Made by a program: the position numbers and the translations under genes. Under the pieces are notes generated by a model. The model ran no database searches and was not told the origin of the DNA. It saw only the letters and a list, made by a program, of their open reading frames with translations. A DNA stretch of 64,000 nucleotides from Octopus vulgaris (lineage: Eukaryota), in NCBI GenBank assembly GCA_951406725.2, contig OX597820.1, positions 43,400,001 to 43,464,000 on the forward strand. Reading direction: 5' to 3'. This document shows, in pieces, positions 12,797-25,838 of the stretch. The stretch's first letter is position 1, and each line of letters starts with the position of its first letter.

Positions 12797-14203
12797 CAAC
12801 CTTGCCAAAAGCATTATGCCAACCCAATGCTTTGGTATTCTGCTATCTCACTGTTAATGAAACTCGTGCACGTTGTAGATTACGGTATATTTCACAATAT
12901 ACATAAGTTTTAATATCTGGATGACCCTTCTTTAGCATTAATTGCCGGTTTTATAAGGTTAGGCATTGAATCAGCTAGTTCCGCAGATGCTAGGCACAAT
13001 TTACACCATTCTCCTCTCAACATTTGGTATAAATGCTCTTTATTTTTGATTGTTGTGTCCCTGATAGCTTGACCACATGTGTTCGATCGGATTTAGATCG
13101 GGACTTTGAGCTGGCCAGTCCGATTTTTCTCTGCTGTACGACGTGGAGCGTTATCCTGTTGAAAGACAGCACCGTATTTCGACACCCCTGGATGCAATTT
13201 AGCACATTAAGGCTCAAAAACATCCAATAACACAGAAACATAGGTAGCTGAATTCATCCTTCCCTGACATAAAAACATTTCTCCGGGCCCTGTGGTAGAC
13301 ATGCAGGCCGATACCATGATAGAACTACCCCCATGTTGTACGGTTGGTACTAGACAATCAGCCTTAAATGATTCCCTAACTCTACGACGCACAAAAGTTT
13401 CTCCAGATGTACTGAAAAGTATATATATACTTATATTTTGTATATTTTATATTTTGTTTGAATACATGTATTATCTTCGTTCATAGTTACTTACATCAGG
13501 CCATATGACTTACAACTATTGTTCACTGGTCCAATTTGAGTGATTTTTTTCCATATTCGCTTCAGAAGCCCGTGACGTCTTCTTGGCTTTACAGACTTTC
13601 AGACAGTATTCTACAAGCCTAATAGTTCTGTTTGATATTTGTGAAGTACATGCCTCGTTGAAGTCCGCACAGAGCTCCGACGATGTTTTTCTCCTGTTTC
13701 TGAGCGGGTGATGGATGATAAAGCTGTCATCACAAGGTGATGGATGATAGAGCTGTCATCGCGAGGTGATGTAACTTTTTTTCCTACCTGAAGCACTTGA
13801 GAGTTGTTTGCACTGCAAATCGAGAACGTTTCATCTCCTGAGTAATGTGCGTTTGAGACATTCCATCTTCATGATGAGCTAAGATTTGACCTCGCTCACA
13901 CTCACTCAACTCCCTTTTTGTAGGCATTTTACTGTTTATTAACTGTATCAACAAAGTATTTTAGCATAAACCGCTGAAATAATCAAGGAAACATAATTTA
14001 ATTTTGGGCGTTGGTCATACACATAATTGGTTGCATATGTAGAGTATAAAAGTGGTAATCGATGCTTCAGACGGGTCAACCAAATATTAAAACTGATGTA
14101 TATTGTGAAATATGCCATCATCTACGATCTGCACGAGTTTCATTAACATTGATATAGCAGGACCCCAAAACATTGGGGTGGCCTAATCTTTTGGCCAAAG
14201 CTG
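12797..14203 (-). mobile_element. Tc1-family DNA transposon with long (~155 bp) TIRs and degenerate transposase
   Basis: TA|caaccttgccaaaagcattatgcc... is inverted at ...ggcctaatcttttggccaaagctg|TA. Minus strand encodes MPTKRELSECERGQIL, PTVQHGGSSIMV, FQQDNAP and AQSPDLNPIEHMWS. Confidence 0.9.
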
Positions 14204-15540
14204 TATATATCTCTCTCTATATAAAACTGAGAATGTGTGTCTGTCTGTCTGTGTGTTTTCCTAAAACTTGAGAACTACACTACCAATTTCATTCAAATTT
14301 TACATATGTCTTACTTAAGGTCGAAGGAGTGTCATAGGCAAAACAAATTAACTTTTTCCCTAGGGCGAGCCCAAAGCAATATCATAACTTCTCCACTATT
14401 TCAGTATTACGTGTTAAAAGTGAAACAAAAACATCTCTCTATTGTAATGCAGACATTCACTTTAATACTGAAACTATTAAAGTGAAAGTATTATATAACA
14501 GGGATGAACCATTAACAGTGGTCATCCATTTTGCTAGAAGAAGATCCGCTATGGTCTTATATGCTACACCACTGGTTTTCAATTCATATTAATCTAATTA
14601 ATATTCAATATTCACCTTTATTATGAGTGTGTGTGTGTGTGTATTAGCAAATCGTATACGTATAGATGACGTAGAGGCGACTGTACACAGCCACCAACCC
14701 ACAGTCGACGCCACGGCGACGAGAACTCGCTCTGGACGACGTAGAGGCGACTGTACACAGACACCGACCCACAGTCGACGCTACGGTTGGGTTGGGTTGT
14801 GTTGGGTTGGGAGAATTTCCATTATATATTGAGAACTATAGCGCGACGGCAGCATAAAAAAACAACCCCTCCTCAATTGTTTGCAGATTTACCTACTCCT
14901 TATTGCGAGCAGTGCAACAAGATGTGTCTTCGTCAAAGCAATTGCTCCCCTAAAGCAAATTAAATAAAATGTGTGATACGTGGAACGTCAAAGCTGCTAA
15001 CAAAAACAGGACAGTGAAAACCTTCGGTAACGGCTGTTTAACCCTAACGAGGTGAACTGGTGAACGCTGGAGAAAAAAAGCTTTGTCAAGGGACAGTCAA
15101 GAATGCGTGTTATAGTTATAAACTGAACGAGAAGAAAAACAAATTACATTTAGAAATAGAGATCTATAATTATTGAGGACAGAATTTGAGTTAGAAATAG
15201 AGAACTATAAATATTGTATTATGCATAAAGTGGTGGCTAACATTTGGGGCTTCCAATTTCTCTGTAAAATATAAGATAGTCGCAAATCATCGCACATGCC
15301 ACCATCGAGTACAAACACCGGTGGAAGATAAAAGTTCCAGAGGACATTCTTGTTCTTTCTTTTGTACAGGGATTGTATTATGTTTCGGCTTAAAATAAAT
15401 TATAGATACAAATATATTGTATAGAAATATATAAAAACCAGAATAGAAAATAAACGTCTAAGGCTTATAAAATGAAATAACATGAGATATCAAGGTGTTA
15501 TAAACTTGAAGCCAACTAGAATATCATAGATTATATATAT

Positions 15541-18064
15541 TAAGGCATCCAATCAGTTCTGTCTAATTTTACCTTTTTTTTAGATTTGAATAAAATTTAA
15601 TAGTATTTTCAAATGTCTAATTCAATTAAAAATTATTTTTATGCATTTGTTTACGTTTAAACTAATTCAATATTGTTTTACAAAATAATAGAGGGTGTCC
15701 ACAAAGTCTGCGTACATGGGGATTAACACATACTTTTAAAACAAACCTATTTTATTTAATTATAATGTTAATAAATAATATTTTCAAAGTGATTTCCATC
15801 ATTTTTCAATGCATAACTTGATGCGCCTTGCAAAATTCAGGTGAACTTGATTAAATAAGTCTACGTTGCCATCAATTTCAGCAAACTGACTGGTAATGCG
15901 TTCTCTCATGTGTTTTAAATCTGTAATCTGTATTGTAATCTTTCTCTTTCAACATACCCCAGAAAAAGAAATCAAGGGGAGAAAGGTCTGGTGAACGAGG
16001 GGATCTTTCCATACGAGCCCTTCTTCCAATCCAGTGAGGAAAAGTTTCATTAATCCAATCTCTAACAGTTGTGGCAAAATGGGTAGGAGCCCCATCCTGC
16101 TGAAACCAATTCGGAAGGCCCTCGGCTAGGCGCTCAAATTGAGATATTAATTTGTCTCACAATATGTTTACATAAGTCTCATCCGTTACATGTTCAATGA
16201 AGAAGGGTCCTAGAACATGAGCTTTCCAAAAACCACACCATCACCTTTTTGCTGCCTTGCTTTTTGGATGGATGCATCCAATGTGGATTATCTCGAGACC
16301 AGTATAGAAGATTCTGTTTGTTCACCTCACCATTTACATAAAACGTAGCTTTGTCACTGAACAACAAAGTTTTTCGTAAAATTGATATTTTCATCCAATT
16401 TATCTGAAAACCATTCGCACGTCTACATTCATCTAACAGGGTCGTCTTCATTTAAGTGATGCAATATCTGTAGGTTGTATCGATGAAACTTTTCCTCAAC
16501 CAGCATTTTGTGGATGGTTGGTTTTGGAACACCTTACACCGTGGATGTCCGACGAAGTGATTTCTTTGGGCTAGCAGAAACTTTAGCCATAACAGTCTCT
16601 TTCGTTTCATCTGCAGTCTTTGGTCGCCTGGAACGGGGTTTATCCAAAATACTGTCTGTTTCTTCAAATTTCTTGATCAATTTCCCGACGGCAGTAAAAA
16701 AAATAGGCTACCTATAAGGGTGTCGAAGATTAAATTCTTCCGCAATTTTGCAATAAGACCATCCCGCTCGTCCACTTAATAATACTAACTCGATTCTTTC
16801 TTCTTTAGACAGATCCATCATTCGATCATCTGTAGAAAAAATCACAAATAAATTTAGAAAAGTAAAGCATTTTTTAAATTTAATTTAAACAAAAGTAAAA
16901 AAGGAAAATTATTATTTCTTATATTTGTTTATGTTATGATTGTATTCCATGTACCCAGACATCGTGGACACCCTAAAATTGCTTTGATTAAAACCCTTTC
17001 AACATGGAAGTATCCAAGGAGTATTTAAGGCACATATAATTCTTTATGAGTACAATAAAGGTAACTCTGCAGCCGAAGTGACTCGAAACATACACTCAGT
17101 TTATGGGAAAGTGCTTGAATGAAAGACCTTGCAGGAGATCGTTTGCAAAACTGAAGATGAAGATGGAATAGGATGTCCAGTTGTGTTTGATGATAAGTTC
17201 CTTGAGGCATTACTTGAAGAAATTCCGTCACTATCAGTTGAAGAATTGGCAATAAAGCTTACTTCAAACCATACAACAGTTCAACGTCATCTTCAACAAC
17301 GTGGAAAGATTCCAAAACTTTGAAAATAGGTGCCTCATGTATTGTCCGAAAGCAACCGCAAATCCCGAGTTGACATCTGCTCTTCTCTCCATTCTCGCAA
17401 ACTCATTTCACCCTTTTTCGATAGACTTGTGACGAAAAATAGATTTTCTATCGAAATGTTAAACGTCGTAAACAGTGGCTTGGTAAAAGGGAAAATGCTC
17501 AACCACAACCGTGAAGTGAACTTCATGGGAAAAAAGTTCTACTCTATCTGGTGCGATTGCAAAGGCGTAACTCACTTTATATTGTTACCACCTAATGCAG
17601 CAATCAATGCTCAAGTCTACTGTCAGCAATTAGAGCGTTTGAACCAAGCTTTGAAGGAAAAAAGAGCCGCTTTAGTGAGTCGAAAACGAGTGATGTTTCA
17701 TCAGGACAATGCGCAACCCCACACTGCAAAGACCACATCACAGAAGACCGAAGGTTTGGAAAAATTTCTTCATCCAACTTATTCTCCCGACCTTACTCCT
17801 TCAGAATACCATTTATTTCATAGGTTACAGAATTATTTGTGGGGGGGGGCACAACTTTCGCAAGCCAGGAGGAGGTCGAACCTGACATTTCATTTTGAAA
17901 CCAAAAGAGTTTTACATTGATGGGATTAAAAAACTTGTAAATAGATAGAAGTAAGTCATAGATAATCAGAGAAAGAACATTGATGTTTAACTTTCAATTA
18001 AATATAACATTTGATCACTTGGATTCTTTATCCAAAATTCGGACAGAACTTATGGGATGACCTG
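15541..18064 (+). mobile_element. Mariner (DD34D-type) element, degenerate, interrupted by an insertion at 15691-16975
   Basis: TIRs aggcatccaatcagttctgtctaatttt (15541-15570) and aaaattcggacagaacttatgggatgacct (18034-18064). Coding remnant from 17003: MEVSKEYLRH...VPHVL...HQDNAQPH...HPTYSPDLTPSEYHLF. Confidence 0.85.
15691..16975 (-). mobile_element. rosa/DD41D-like Tc1/mariner element (40 residues between the 2nd and 3rd Asp in this copy), degenerate
   Basis: 28-bp TIRs agggtgtccacaaagtctgcgtacatgg / ccatgtacccagacatcgtggacaccct. Minus strand: MDLSKEERIELVLL, LFSDKATFYVNGEVNKQN, WFQQDGAPTH...WIGRR...PRSPDLSPLDFFFWG. Confidence 0.9.
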
Positions 18065-18812
18065 AGATATATACACCGGCGAAAATATATTTAAGACAGA
18101 CCATAAAAGTTCTATTTCTTACAAAATATTTTGTTACTAACACCATACAAATTATTTATATCTTTTACACCTTATGCAAAATATATTTCTCTTTCGAATG
18201 ATGCAAACATTTTTTATACAACTTGAAGAATTCTAATGCTAAATTAATATATATTTCTTTACTGCCCACAAGGGGCTAAACATAGAGTCTTTTTATTATT
18301 ACTCGGTCACACATAGTCCCCAGATGGTAACATTGATTACAAGGCCTTCCCAGATGAGTGACTGGTTATTCAAAGACATTTATAGATTTTAAATTCATTC
18401 TGTCCAGTTACGTATCAGTATAGTGGTCATTTGCAAATTCCAGAGGTGACACTTTAAATTCTCCTAAGCCCTCACGTTACACAGTTGTTAATGTTGATTT
18501 CAGTTGGGTCACGCCCTTCCAATTGCTATAGATTCGTAATGCATCTTACGGCTGTGCCTGTCACCTGGATGGTGAGGAATACTACATTGAGAGTGGTAAC
18601 GACTAGTGTAGTGTAACTGACTGCTTATTGTGTCTTTTGATTTCCATGTGGCACGATTACAATTTTTTTAGGGTGTGTAAAGAGAGAAATAACCCTCATC
18701 TGCAATTTTGATGAAATTCGAAACATAGATATTCCAGTTCATTCAGAAAATATAACAGAAAATTCTAATTCTTCAATTGAATGTAACCGGGCAACGCCGG
18801 GTATCTCTGCTA

Positions 18813-18867
<55 letters not shown>

Positions 18868-18885
18868 AATAGACATCTCCTTTTT

Positions 18886-18956
<71 letters not shown>

Positions 18957-18959
<3 letters not shown>

Positions 18960-19642
18960 AGTATTAAGGAATGACCCTGACAGGCCGTTCAACTCACTTG
19001 AAAAGAGCAGCTAAACTCAAACCGCAAAATAGTAGTAATTCTGAAACTAAAGGAGAAATAAAAACATTTATCCCCTTCAACTTTGTACCATGCATAGTTT
19101 CAACATTTTTACGTAATCGAATTTAATTAAATTAAATTAAATCCGTTTACGATTGGCTTGTCTCATCAGCAAAGTAGCCAAAGAAAGGAAAATATATACA
19201 CACGAGGCAGCACCATCGAAGCCTCGAGTTTATATATCCTAAATTTTCGAAATCCACCGTAACCGCGCCATCTACTCAGCAGCAAATATAAACTGCTGAT
19301 ACAATTTCAGAATTAGTCAAAAAATCATTAATTAATCAATATAAGTGTAGCAAAAAATTCAAGAAAAATTCAAGAAAAATTTTCTGCAACCAGCGGTCAA
19401 GTGAGAAAGTAGAAATAGTCACAGAGTATATAATAAATTCAACAATAGTATTAAGGAATGTTTAGTTTAGTTTGAGTTTAGCTGCTCTTTTCAAGTGAGT
19501 TGAACGGCCTGTCAGGGTCATTCCTTAATACTATTGTTGAATATATTATATAGTCTGTGACTATTTCTACTTTGTCACTTGACCGCTGGTTGCAGAAAAT
19601 TTTTCTTGAATTTTTCTTGAATTTTTTGCTACCCTTATATTG

Positions 19643-19645
<3 letters not shown>
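18957..19645 (-). mobile_element. Non-coding permuted-repeat element with inverted copy (Penelope pLTR/retrozyme-like)
   Basis: 487-nt unit (aatagtattaaggaatg at 18957 and 19444). 19470-19645 is an inverted copy spanning the end-to-start junction. Flanked by (TAA)n/(TA)n; CTGATGA on the minus strand near 19163-19169. Confidence 0.6.
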
Positions 19646-19704
<59 letters not shown>

Positions 19705-21148
19705 CTTTTCTCTGCAATTTTATTTGGTTTCTTCCTTGCTGTTAGTTCTAGCTACTATTCTTTAGATACTTTAATTTATATTTGAATAAGAATCTCAAAT
19801 AATTCTGGTACTCTACTTTTTATGAACATTATCTTTTTTTGCTCAGCTTCCACTCAAAATGCTTAGAATAAACCATAAACTGTATCCGTGTGAAATTTCA
19901 CCACTTAGCATTAAGGAACAAAGGACTTTACATATATCTATAAATACATATACACAGTTAGATAAATGTGTGTGTATGTGTGACTGAGAAGGCATGTGTG
20001 TGTGTGCTTGTATGTGTATGCGTGTGTACGGGTGTGTATTCTCTTGTGGTTGAACAGCTCAGGCCATGTATATGGTGGTTTCACCTCACACCTCCTCGGT
20101 AACAACCACTTGTCACTAAAAAAAGGAATAATTATTTTTGGACGACAAACCCTTCAATTCTTCACCTCGTTCTGCTGTCGAACAATATGCTTCGTAATAT
20201 TTGTGTGGCACTTACTCATTCCTCATTTCGTAAAAAGTGCTGTCAAATACTTTGGTCGATATCAGCGAGTAACTACTACCCATAAGTTTCTGACTTTTTC
20301 TCCCTGCCAGTTATTGCTGGATGGTCTTTCTCCTAGATATTGCAGTAAAATATTTTTACTATTAAATTATTGCGGCCCGTGATGTTTTGTTTTCAAATTC
20401 AGACGAGATAATATTTAAAATCCGACCCCTGTAATATTATTGTTTACTTATTTGAATGTTCCTTTCTCTAGAGTTCCTGGCCTTGCGTTGTCCAGGCTTT
20501 GCTGGTATCTGAGGTGAAGGTAAGATAAATCCTACATCAAGGGCGATGTTGTCAGCTGGACCTGATAGAGCTACGTGTAGGGCTATGCTTTGCACACTCA
20601 CACGTTTCAGGCAGGACTTAGTTGTCGAGGTACTCTAGAATTGCTGTTGCTGTATACGTATCGGATTCAAGTATCAGCCGAGCCTGTCGTGACGAACAGC
20701 CGGATTTCTTTGTTTCTGTTAGGCAGTGTTCCTTTGTATGTTAAACATAGCGTATAACGCTGTATATTGAACTTAATTGAAAATAAACTAGTGTCAAATC
20801 ATTATCTGCTCGATCAAGCCCTGTGCAATGTCTTCAAGTTACTTTTTACGAAGAAGATATCAATGTCTTGAGATGGCAGATTTGTCTCAATCTAGTTTGG
20901 CATATAAAAAATTAAAATATTACAATATTTAATTCAGATGTCTATGTATCTTTCTAAATCTCTGCTTGACTAAAAGAAAGGAATTCCATTGAAACTTGCT
21001 GAAACAATATTCCTTCAGATTTCTTGCAAGGCTCGAGAGTAAAATGAAATGTGTAGAAGTAGCGGAATGTGAAACTGCATCACAATCGACATGAATGAAA
21101 CTTAACACTTCATCACCGAAACAAATTGAGAATATTCGCTAAGTGTTT

Positions 21149-21506
21149 AAGGCGGTGAGCTGGCAGAAACGTTAGCACGCCAGGCGAAATGTGTAGCCGT
21201 ATTTCGTCTTCCGTTACGTTGTGAGTTCAAATTGCGCCAAGGTCGACTTTGTCTTTCATCCCTTCGGGGTCGATAAATTAAGTACCAGTTACGCACTGGT
21301 GTCGATGTAATCGACTTAATCCGTTTGTCTGTACTTCTTCGACCTCTCTGTGTTTAGCTCCTTGTGGGTAGTAAAGAAATAGGTATTGCGTCTGTCTTCA
21401 CATTCTAAGTACAAATTCCGCCGTGGTCGACTTTGCCTTTCATCCTTTCAGTGTTGATAAATTAAGTACCATTGCGTACTGAGGTCGATCTAATCGACTG
21501 CCCTCC
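21149..21506 (+). mobile_element. SINE family A dimer
   Basis: aaggcggtgagctggcagaaacgttagc (A-box-like), gagttcaaatt (B box), tail ccttgtgggtagtaaagaaata, then a second head-truncated monomer from ~21382. Confidence 0.9.
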
Positions 21507-22437
21507 ACTGCCTTTATATCAATAATCATGCATTGTTGTTGATGTTACCGGTATTGTTTTCATCGTTGTTTTTATTGTTTAGTCTGCAATTGTCAATGAT
21601 TGATGAGATCTATGATCAAAACATTCCAACCATAACCACCACTTCTCCAGAGGTGTATGGCAGGAACTATATGTAATTAATTCTTCTTTGCTCAAAAAAG
21701 CGAGGATTCATGAGGATATTTTGTTGCTATTTATTGTGTTGTATGACCACGAGACTTTAATCTAGGTATTTATTATTGTGTTTAAGTCTAATAGGTAGGG
21801 TCTAGGACTCATAATCATAAGGTCTTTGGTTCGTTTCCAATACGTTCTTAAGTAAGTTACTTTATTTCACTTCGACTGAGTGTTTGTAGGCGCCTAAAGC
21901 AATTAGTTAAAATATGGTACATGTTCGCGAAAGACGGATGGTTACACTTTACTGCACATAGAAGTGTTCAGTAAAAGATAAATTACTTAAATAGTCTAAA
22001 TTTTCAGCCAACCCGGAAAAGTTTATGATGTTAGCGATTTACTAGAAATAGTAGCTAAATACTCTGCAAATCACACAGTAACTTCTTTGAAACCAAGGAA
22101 ATACCACATCAGGTAATGAAGTTTTAATTACCACATATCAAGTCTTCATTGGAAAAAACACTTCGTCGTGTCTGCTTTTTCATGGATTCACTTCAGATTA
22201 AGCAAATATTATCAGCCATGAAATCTCAAAGCGCAGCATGTTAATGGCGAAGCTCAGTACGTTATCCAATATGGACATATTATAAAGCGGGAAGATCATA
22301 ATCAGAAAAAAAAAACTAGTGCATTGGCCAAGAAAGACAAGGTGAATGACCACCGGTACAATGTAATGTAATCAGTAGTCTCAACGGTTCAAATGATTAT
22401 TGTGTCAAGTTCTCTGATCTTTTATAGACCATCATGG

Positions 22438-22455
22438 ATGATGATGATGATGTTG

Positions 22456-22513
<58 letters not shown>

Positions 22514-22805
22514 CAACAATAATAATAATAATAATAATAATAATGCTGATGAGGATCATGATGATGATTTATTCAAAGAAGGGCAACTGTATTTGAAATA
22601 TCAGCAAATCAAATATCCGAAAAAGAAAACCGTCCTTATAGAAAAAAAATATTAAAATATGTCAAGACGCACACGGAGTAGAAATTAAAATTATGGAAAT
22701 AATCTATAATAAAAGAGATAGCAAAGAGGGGTAAAAAAATATTCAAAACTGCAACGTAAGGAAAAAGACGAGAAAGGAGTGAAAGCGGTGGTTAATGATT
22801 AAATG

Positions 22806-22863
<58 letters not shown>

Positions 22864-22943
22864 CAGTGGTAGTGGTGGTGGTGGTGGTGGTGGTGGTGGT
22901 AGTAGTAGTGGTAGTAGTAGTAGTAGTAGTGGTAACAGTAGTG

Positions 22944-23005
<62 letters not shown>
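22438..23005. repeat. (GAT)n/(AAT)n microsatellite (22438-22545) and (TAG)n/(TGG)n microsatellite (22805-23005)
   Basis: Direct trinucleotide repeats. Confidence 0.95.
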
Positions 23006-23006
<1 letters not shown>

Positions 23007-23582
23007 TATATTCATATAATTAACGGCTTACATTGCCAAAGCAAGAGTACGGCTCTGAAATATAAACCCTCATGCATTCGTGTTCGTATTTACGTCTATG
23101 ATTGTATGTGTGTGTGTGTGTGTGTATGTGTACAAATGCCGATGATTCTCATGAAAAAAAACCTAAGTTGTAATTTGTCAATAGTCTTTTCCAAATTTCA
23201 GATGCAACCAGATAAAATTTTACAGAAATCATGAAGTTAAAAAAAAAAAAAAAAACGTCATCGAGAAGCTCTTGTAGCAAAGCATGGACGAATTAGGGAA
23301 ATAGGTGTAGGCAGGTGAAAGAGATGAAGGAAGGATTTTGATTAGGAGTGTTAGTTCGAAGTACACGAGATTTTTCTTTCATTATCATTATATTTTCCAT
23401 CTCTCATGCCCACACTTACACACACACACATGCACACATATATGTGTACACATGTATGTGTGTGTGTGTGCGTGTGTGTGTGACCACTTTGAGAGTCATC
23501 AAAGGCAAGCTTGTATAAATATGAAATAGATTTGCATCTCTTATTTATCCAGCAAATTTTAATTCTTTAACGCATGCAATGA

Positions 23583-23710
23583 GAGGCGTAGGGTCATCGT
23601 GTGGTAAGAAACTTGCTTCCCAGCCACATGGTTCCGGGTTCAGTCCCACTGCGAGGCACCATGGGCAAGTGTCTTCTAGTATATCCCCGGGCCGACCGAA
23701 GCCTTGTGAA
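23583..23710 (+). mobile_element. SINE family B 5' fragment
   Basis: gtggtaagaaacttgcttcccagccacatggttccgggttcagtcccactgcg...gggcaagtgtcttct. Confidence 0.85.
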
Positions 23711-24411
23711 TTAATAGTTTCTTTATGATTTCGGGTTATTGGCTGCACTACTATTATTATTTACTGGAAACTGATTACCTGAACATATACTGAACAGTTA
23801 TTTGATCTTTCTCTTCGAAACAAATCTGTTTGGTCAATCTTCAGCCTGTCAATAATTTGCATAACTTATAATTTATTCCTTTCTACTAACTTCCCAAGAT
23901 CTAGTAAGAAGCTACAATGCACTACCCCGACCATCTCTGGCAACCTTAAACGATGCAGCAAAGCATCAGGGATCCTAAAGTTAGTGCACTGTTTCTAATA
24001 ACATAAAAGACAGGAACTAATTTATTCCTTCATAGTTCATATTTTTAAAATATTCTTGTTTTATTTTCGTTACGCAGTTTAAAATGTCAACACATCTTTT
24101 AGTATTACAGTACTGGAACATATTTCGCCTTCATATTTTACATTCAACTTTTAAAAAAGTTTCCACTGTTTGGCAAACTTAAATTTAAATTTTGCCGAGG
24201 TAAAATTTTTACTCATTTTTACTCATTTTCATATTTAAATTTTATATTATTTCATATTTATATAATTTTTAATTTATATATTTATATTACATTTAATTAT
24301 ATGATATTAATTTTTTGTACAATTTTCTTATTTTAATATTCTATACACTAGACAGTTTTTAAATATATCTGTATGCGTATATACGTTATTTTGTATATAT
24401 GTACCTTGATG

Positions 24412-24442
<31 letters not shown>

Positions 24443-24450
<8 letters not shown>

Positions 24451-24803
24451 GGCAGTTTGTCTGTGTGTGTTTCTGTGTGTCTGTTTGGTTGTACCCTCAC
24501 CCTGACCACTGCTTTCAACCGATTCTGATGAAACTTGACACACATATAGCCCAATGTCATAATTCAAAACTAACGCAGCGAAAATAAAGTTCCACCAGTT
24601 CTGAAAAAATCGATAAATTATGGGGTCGAGAATCAGAAACACAAACCACAGACTGTCTAGGGGACGCAACTCGACTTTTTTTAACTCTCAAAAAAATTTA
24701 CCATCATTTTTTTTCCATTTTTTGGCTATTTTTTGACTATAACTCTCTAAAAATGCTTTATAGTTATTTCCTTACAAACTTGAGCAACGCCGGGCGATAC
24801 TAG
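24443..24803 (+). mobile_element. Short non-autonomous Helitron-type element
   Basis: Starts in (TA)n with ataaacggcagtttgtctgtgtg, contains ccgattctgatgaaacttg, and ends gagcaacgccgggcgataCTAG|T into (TA)n. Confidence 0.7.
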
Positions 24804-24811
24804 TATATATA

Positions 24812-25365
24812 TAAAGAAAACAAAAAAACAACAACGCAAGGATGTGGAACAAATAAAGTATTATTGGACGCTCAGGAAAGAAGGGAAGAAAGAATATATA
24901 TATATATATAATGCAAACATGGGACAAGAACGCAAAACATCCAGACAGGTGATACAAAAAAAAAGGGACAACAAAATATCCAGACAGACGCGATACAAGG
25001 AAAACAAGGACGGATCATTCGGAGTTTTCTATCCTCAGTCGAGTTCCAGATTATCTTTGCAATTTCGTCTTGCTCCAGTCTGGCCAGCCTTAAGGAAAAA
25101 TAAACTAAGAGCATTAAATTCCTTGGAAGAAAGCAGCGAATGTATACGAAAATAAGGACGGAAAACAAACAGAGAAATGTTACACAATTACAAATGCAGT
25201 TAACAGAACATAACAACAGGTGTCTTTCCACTAAGGACGAATTAAACTAAGCTGGCGTGTGTGGAAGTAAAGCCTTACGACAGGAACATACGATTTAACA
25301 GGCACAGGGAGGAATATAGATGCTGCACGGATGGTAGTCGAACCAAGAAAGAAAGGAAGAAATAC
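24812..25365. repeat. Unclassified interspersed repeat; first ~80 bp recur at 56337-56414
   Basis: caacaacgcaagga(t/c)gtggaacaaataaagtattattgg(a/g)cgctcaggaaagaagggaaga is present at both loci, each bounded by (TA)n. Confidence 0.7.
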
Positions 25366-25449
25366 GTATATACGTATATACGTATATGTTTATTTGTATA
25401 TTTGGTTTCGTGTCTAAATATGTGTTACTATTGCATATATTCTTTTGTT

Positions 25450-25838
25450 CTTTTATTCATTTTCTTGTATCAGTCATTTGACTGCGGCCATGCTGGTGTA
25501 CCGCCTTTAGTCGACAAATCGACCTCAGGACTTATTCTTTGTAAGCCTAGTACTCATTCTCTAGGTCTCTTTTGCCAAACCGCTGAGATATGTCGACGTA
25601 TCGGCTTTCAGGTGATGTCAGGAGGACAAACACAGACAAAAACAAACATATACACGCACATATATGTATATGTGTGTGGGGGGGTGTTTCAGTTTCCGTC
25701 TACCAAATCCACTCACAAGACTTTGGTTGGCACGTACCTACAGTAGAAGAGAATTGCAGAAGGTGCCATGAAGTGGAGGCTGAATCCGGAACCATGTGGT
25801 AGGTAAGCAAGCTACTTACCACATTGCTACTCCTGCGC
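25450..25838 (-). mobile_element. SINE family B, degenerate near-full copy
   Basis: cagtcatttgactgcggccatgctgg...tttcagtttccgtctaccaaatccactcacaag...ctactcctgcgcc. Confidence 0.85.

Larger units (their letters stand above)
14210..18813 (+). mobile_element. Probable non-autonomous Helitron-type element hosting nested insertions (pairing of the two ends inferred)
   Basis: 5' part has tctctatataaaac, (GTCT)n and aatttcattcaaattttac. 3' end has CCGG gcaacg CCGG gtatctctgCTAG|T at 18787-18813, running into (TA)n. Confidence 0.5.

Noticed and set aside
17330-17920. 196-aa ORF as a functional transposase or SETMAR-like gene
   Set aside because: Stops and frameshifts upstream and inside (lost GDEKW region, shifted frames); it is a decayed mariner
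25005-25100. Hammerhead candidate on the minus strand (CTGAGGA...GAAT; GAAATTGCAA)
   Set aside because: No GAAA at the right spacing after the core, and no NUH or stem I closure
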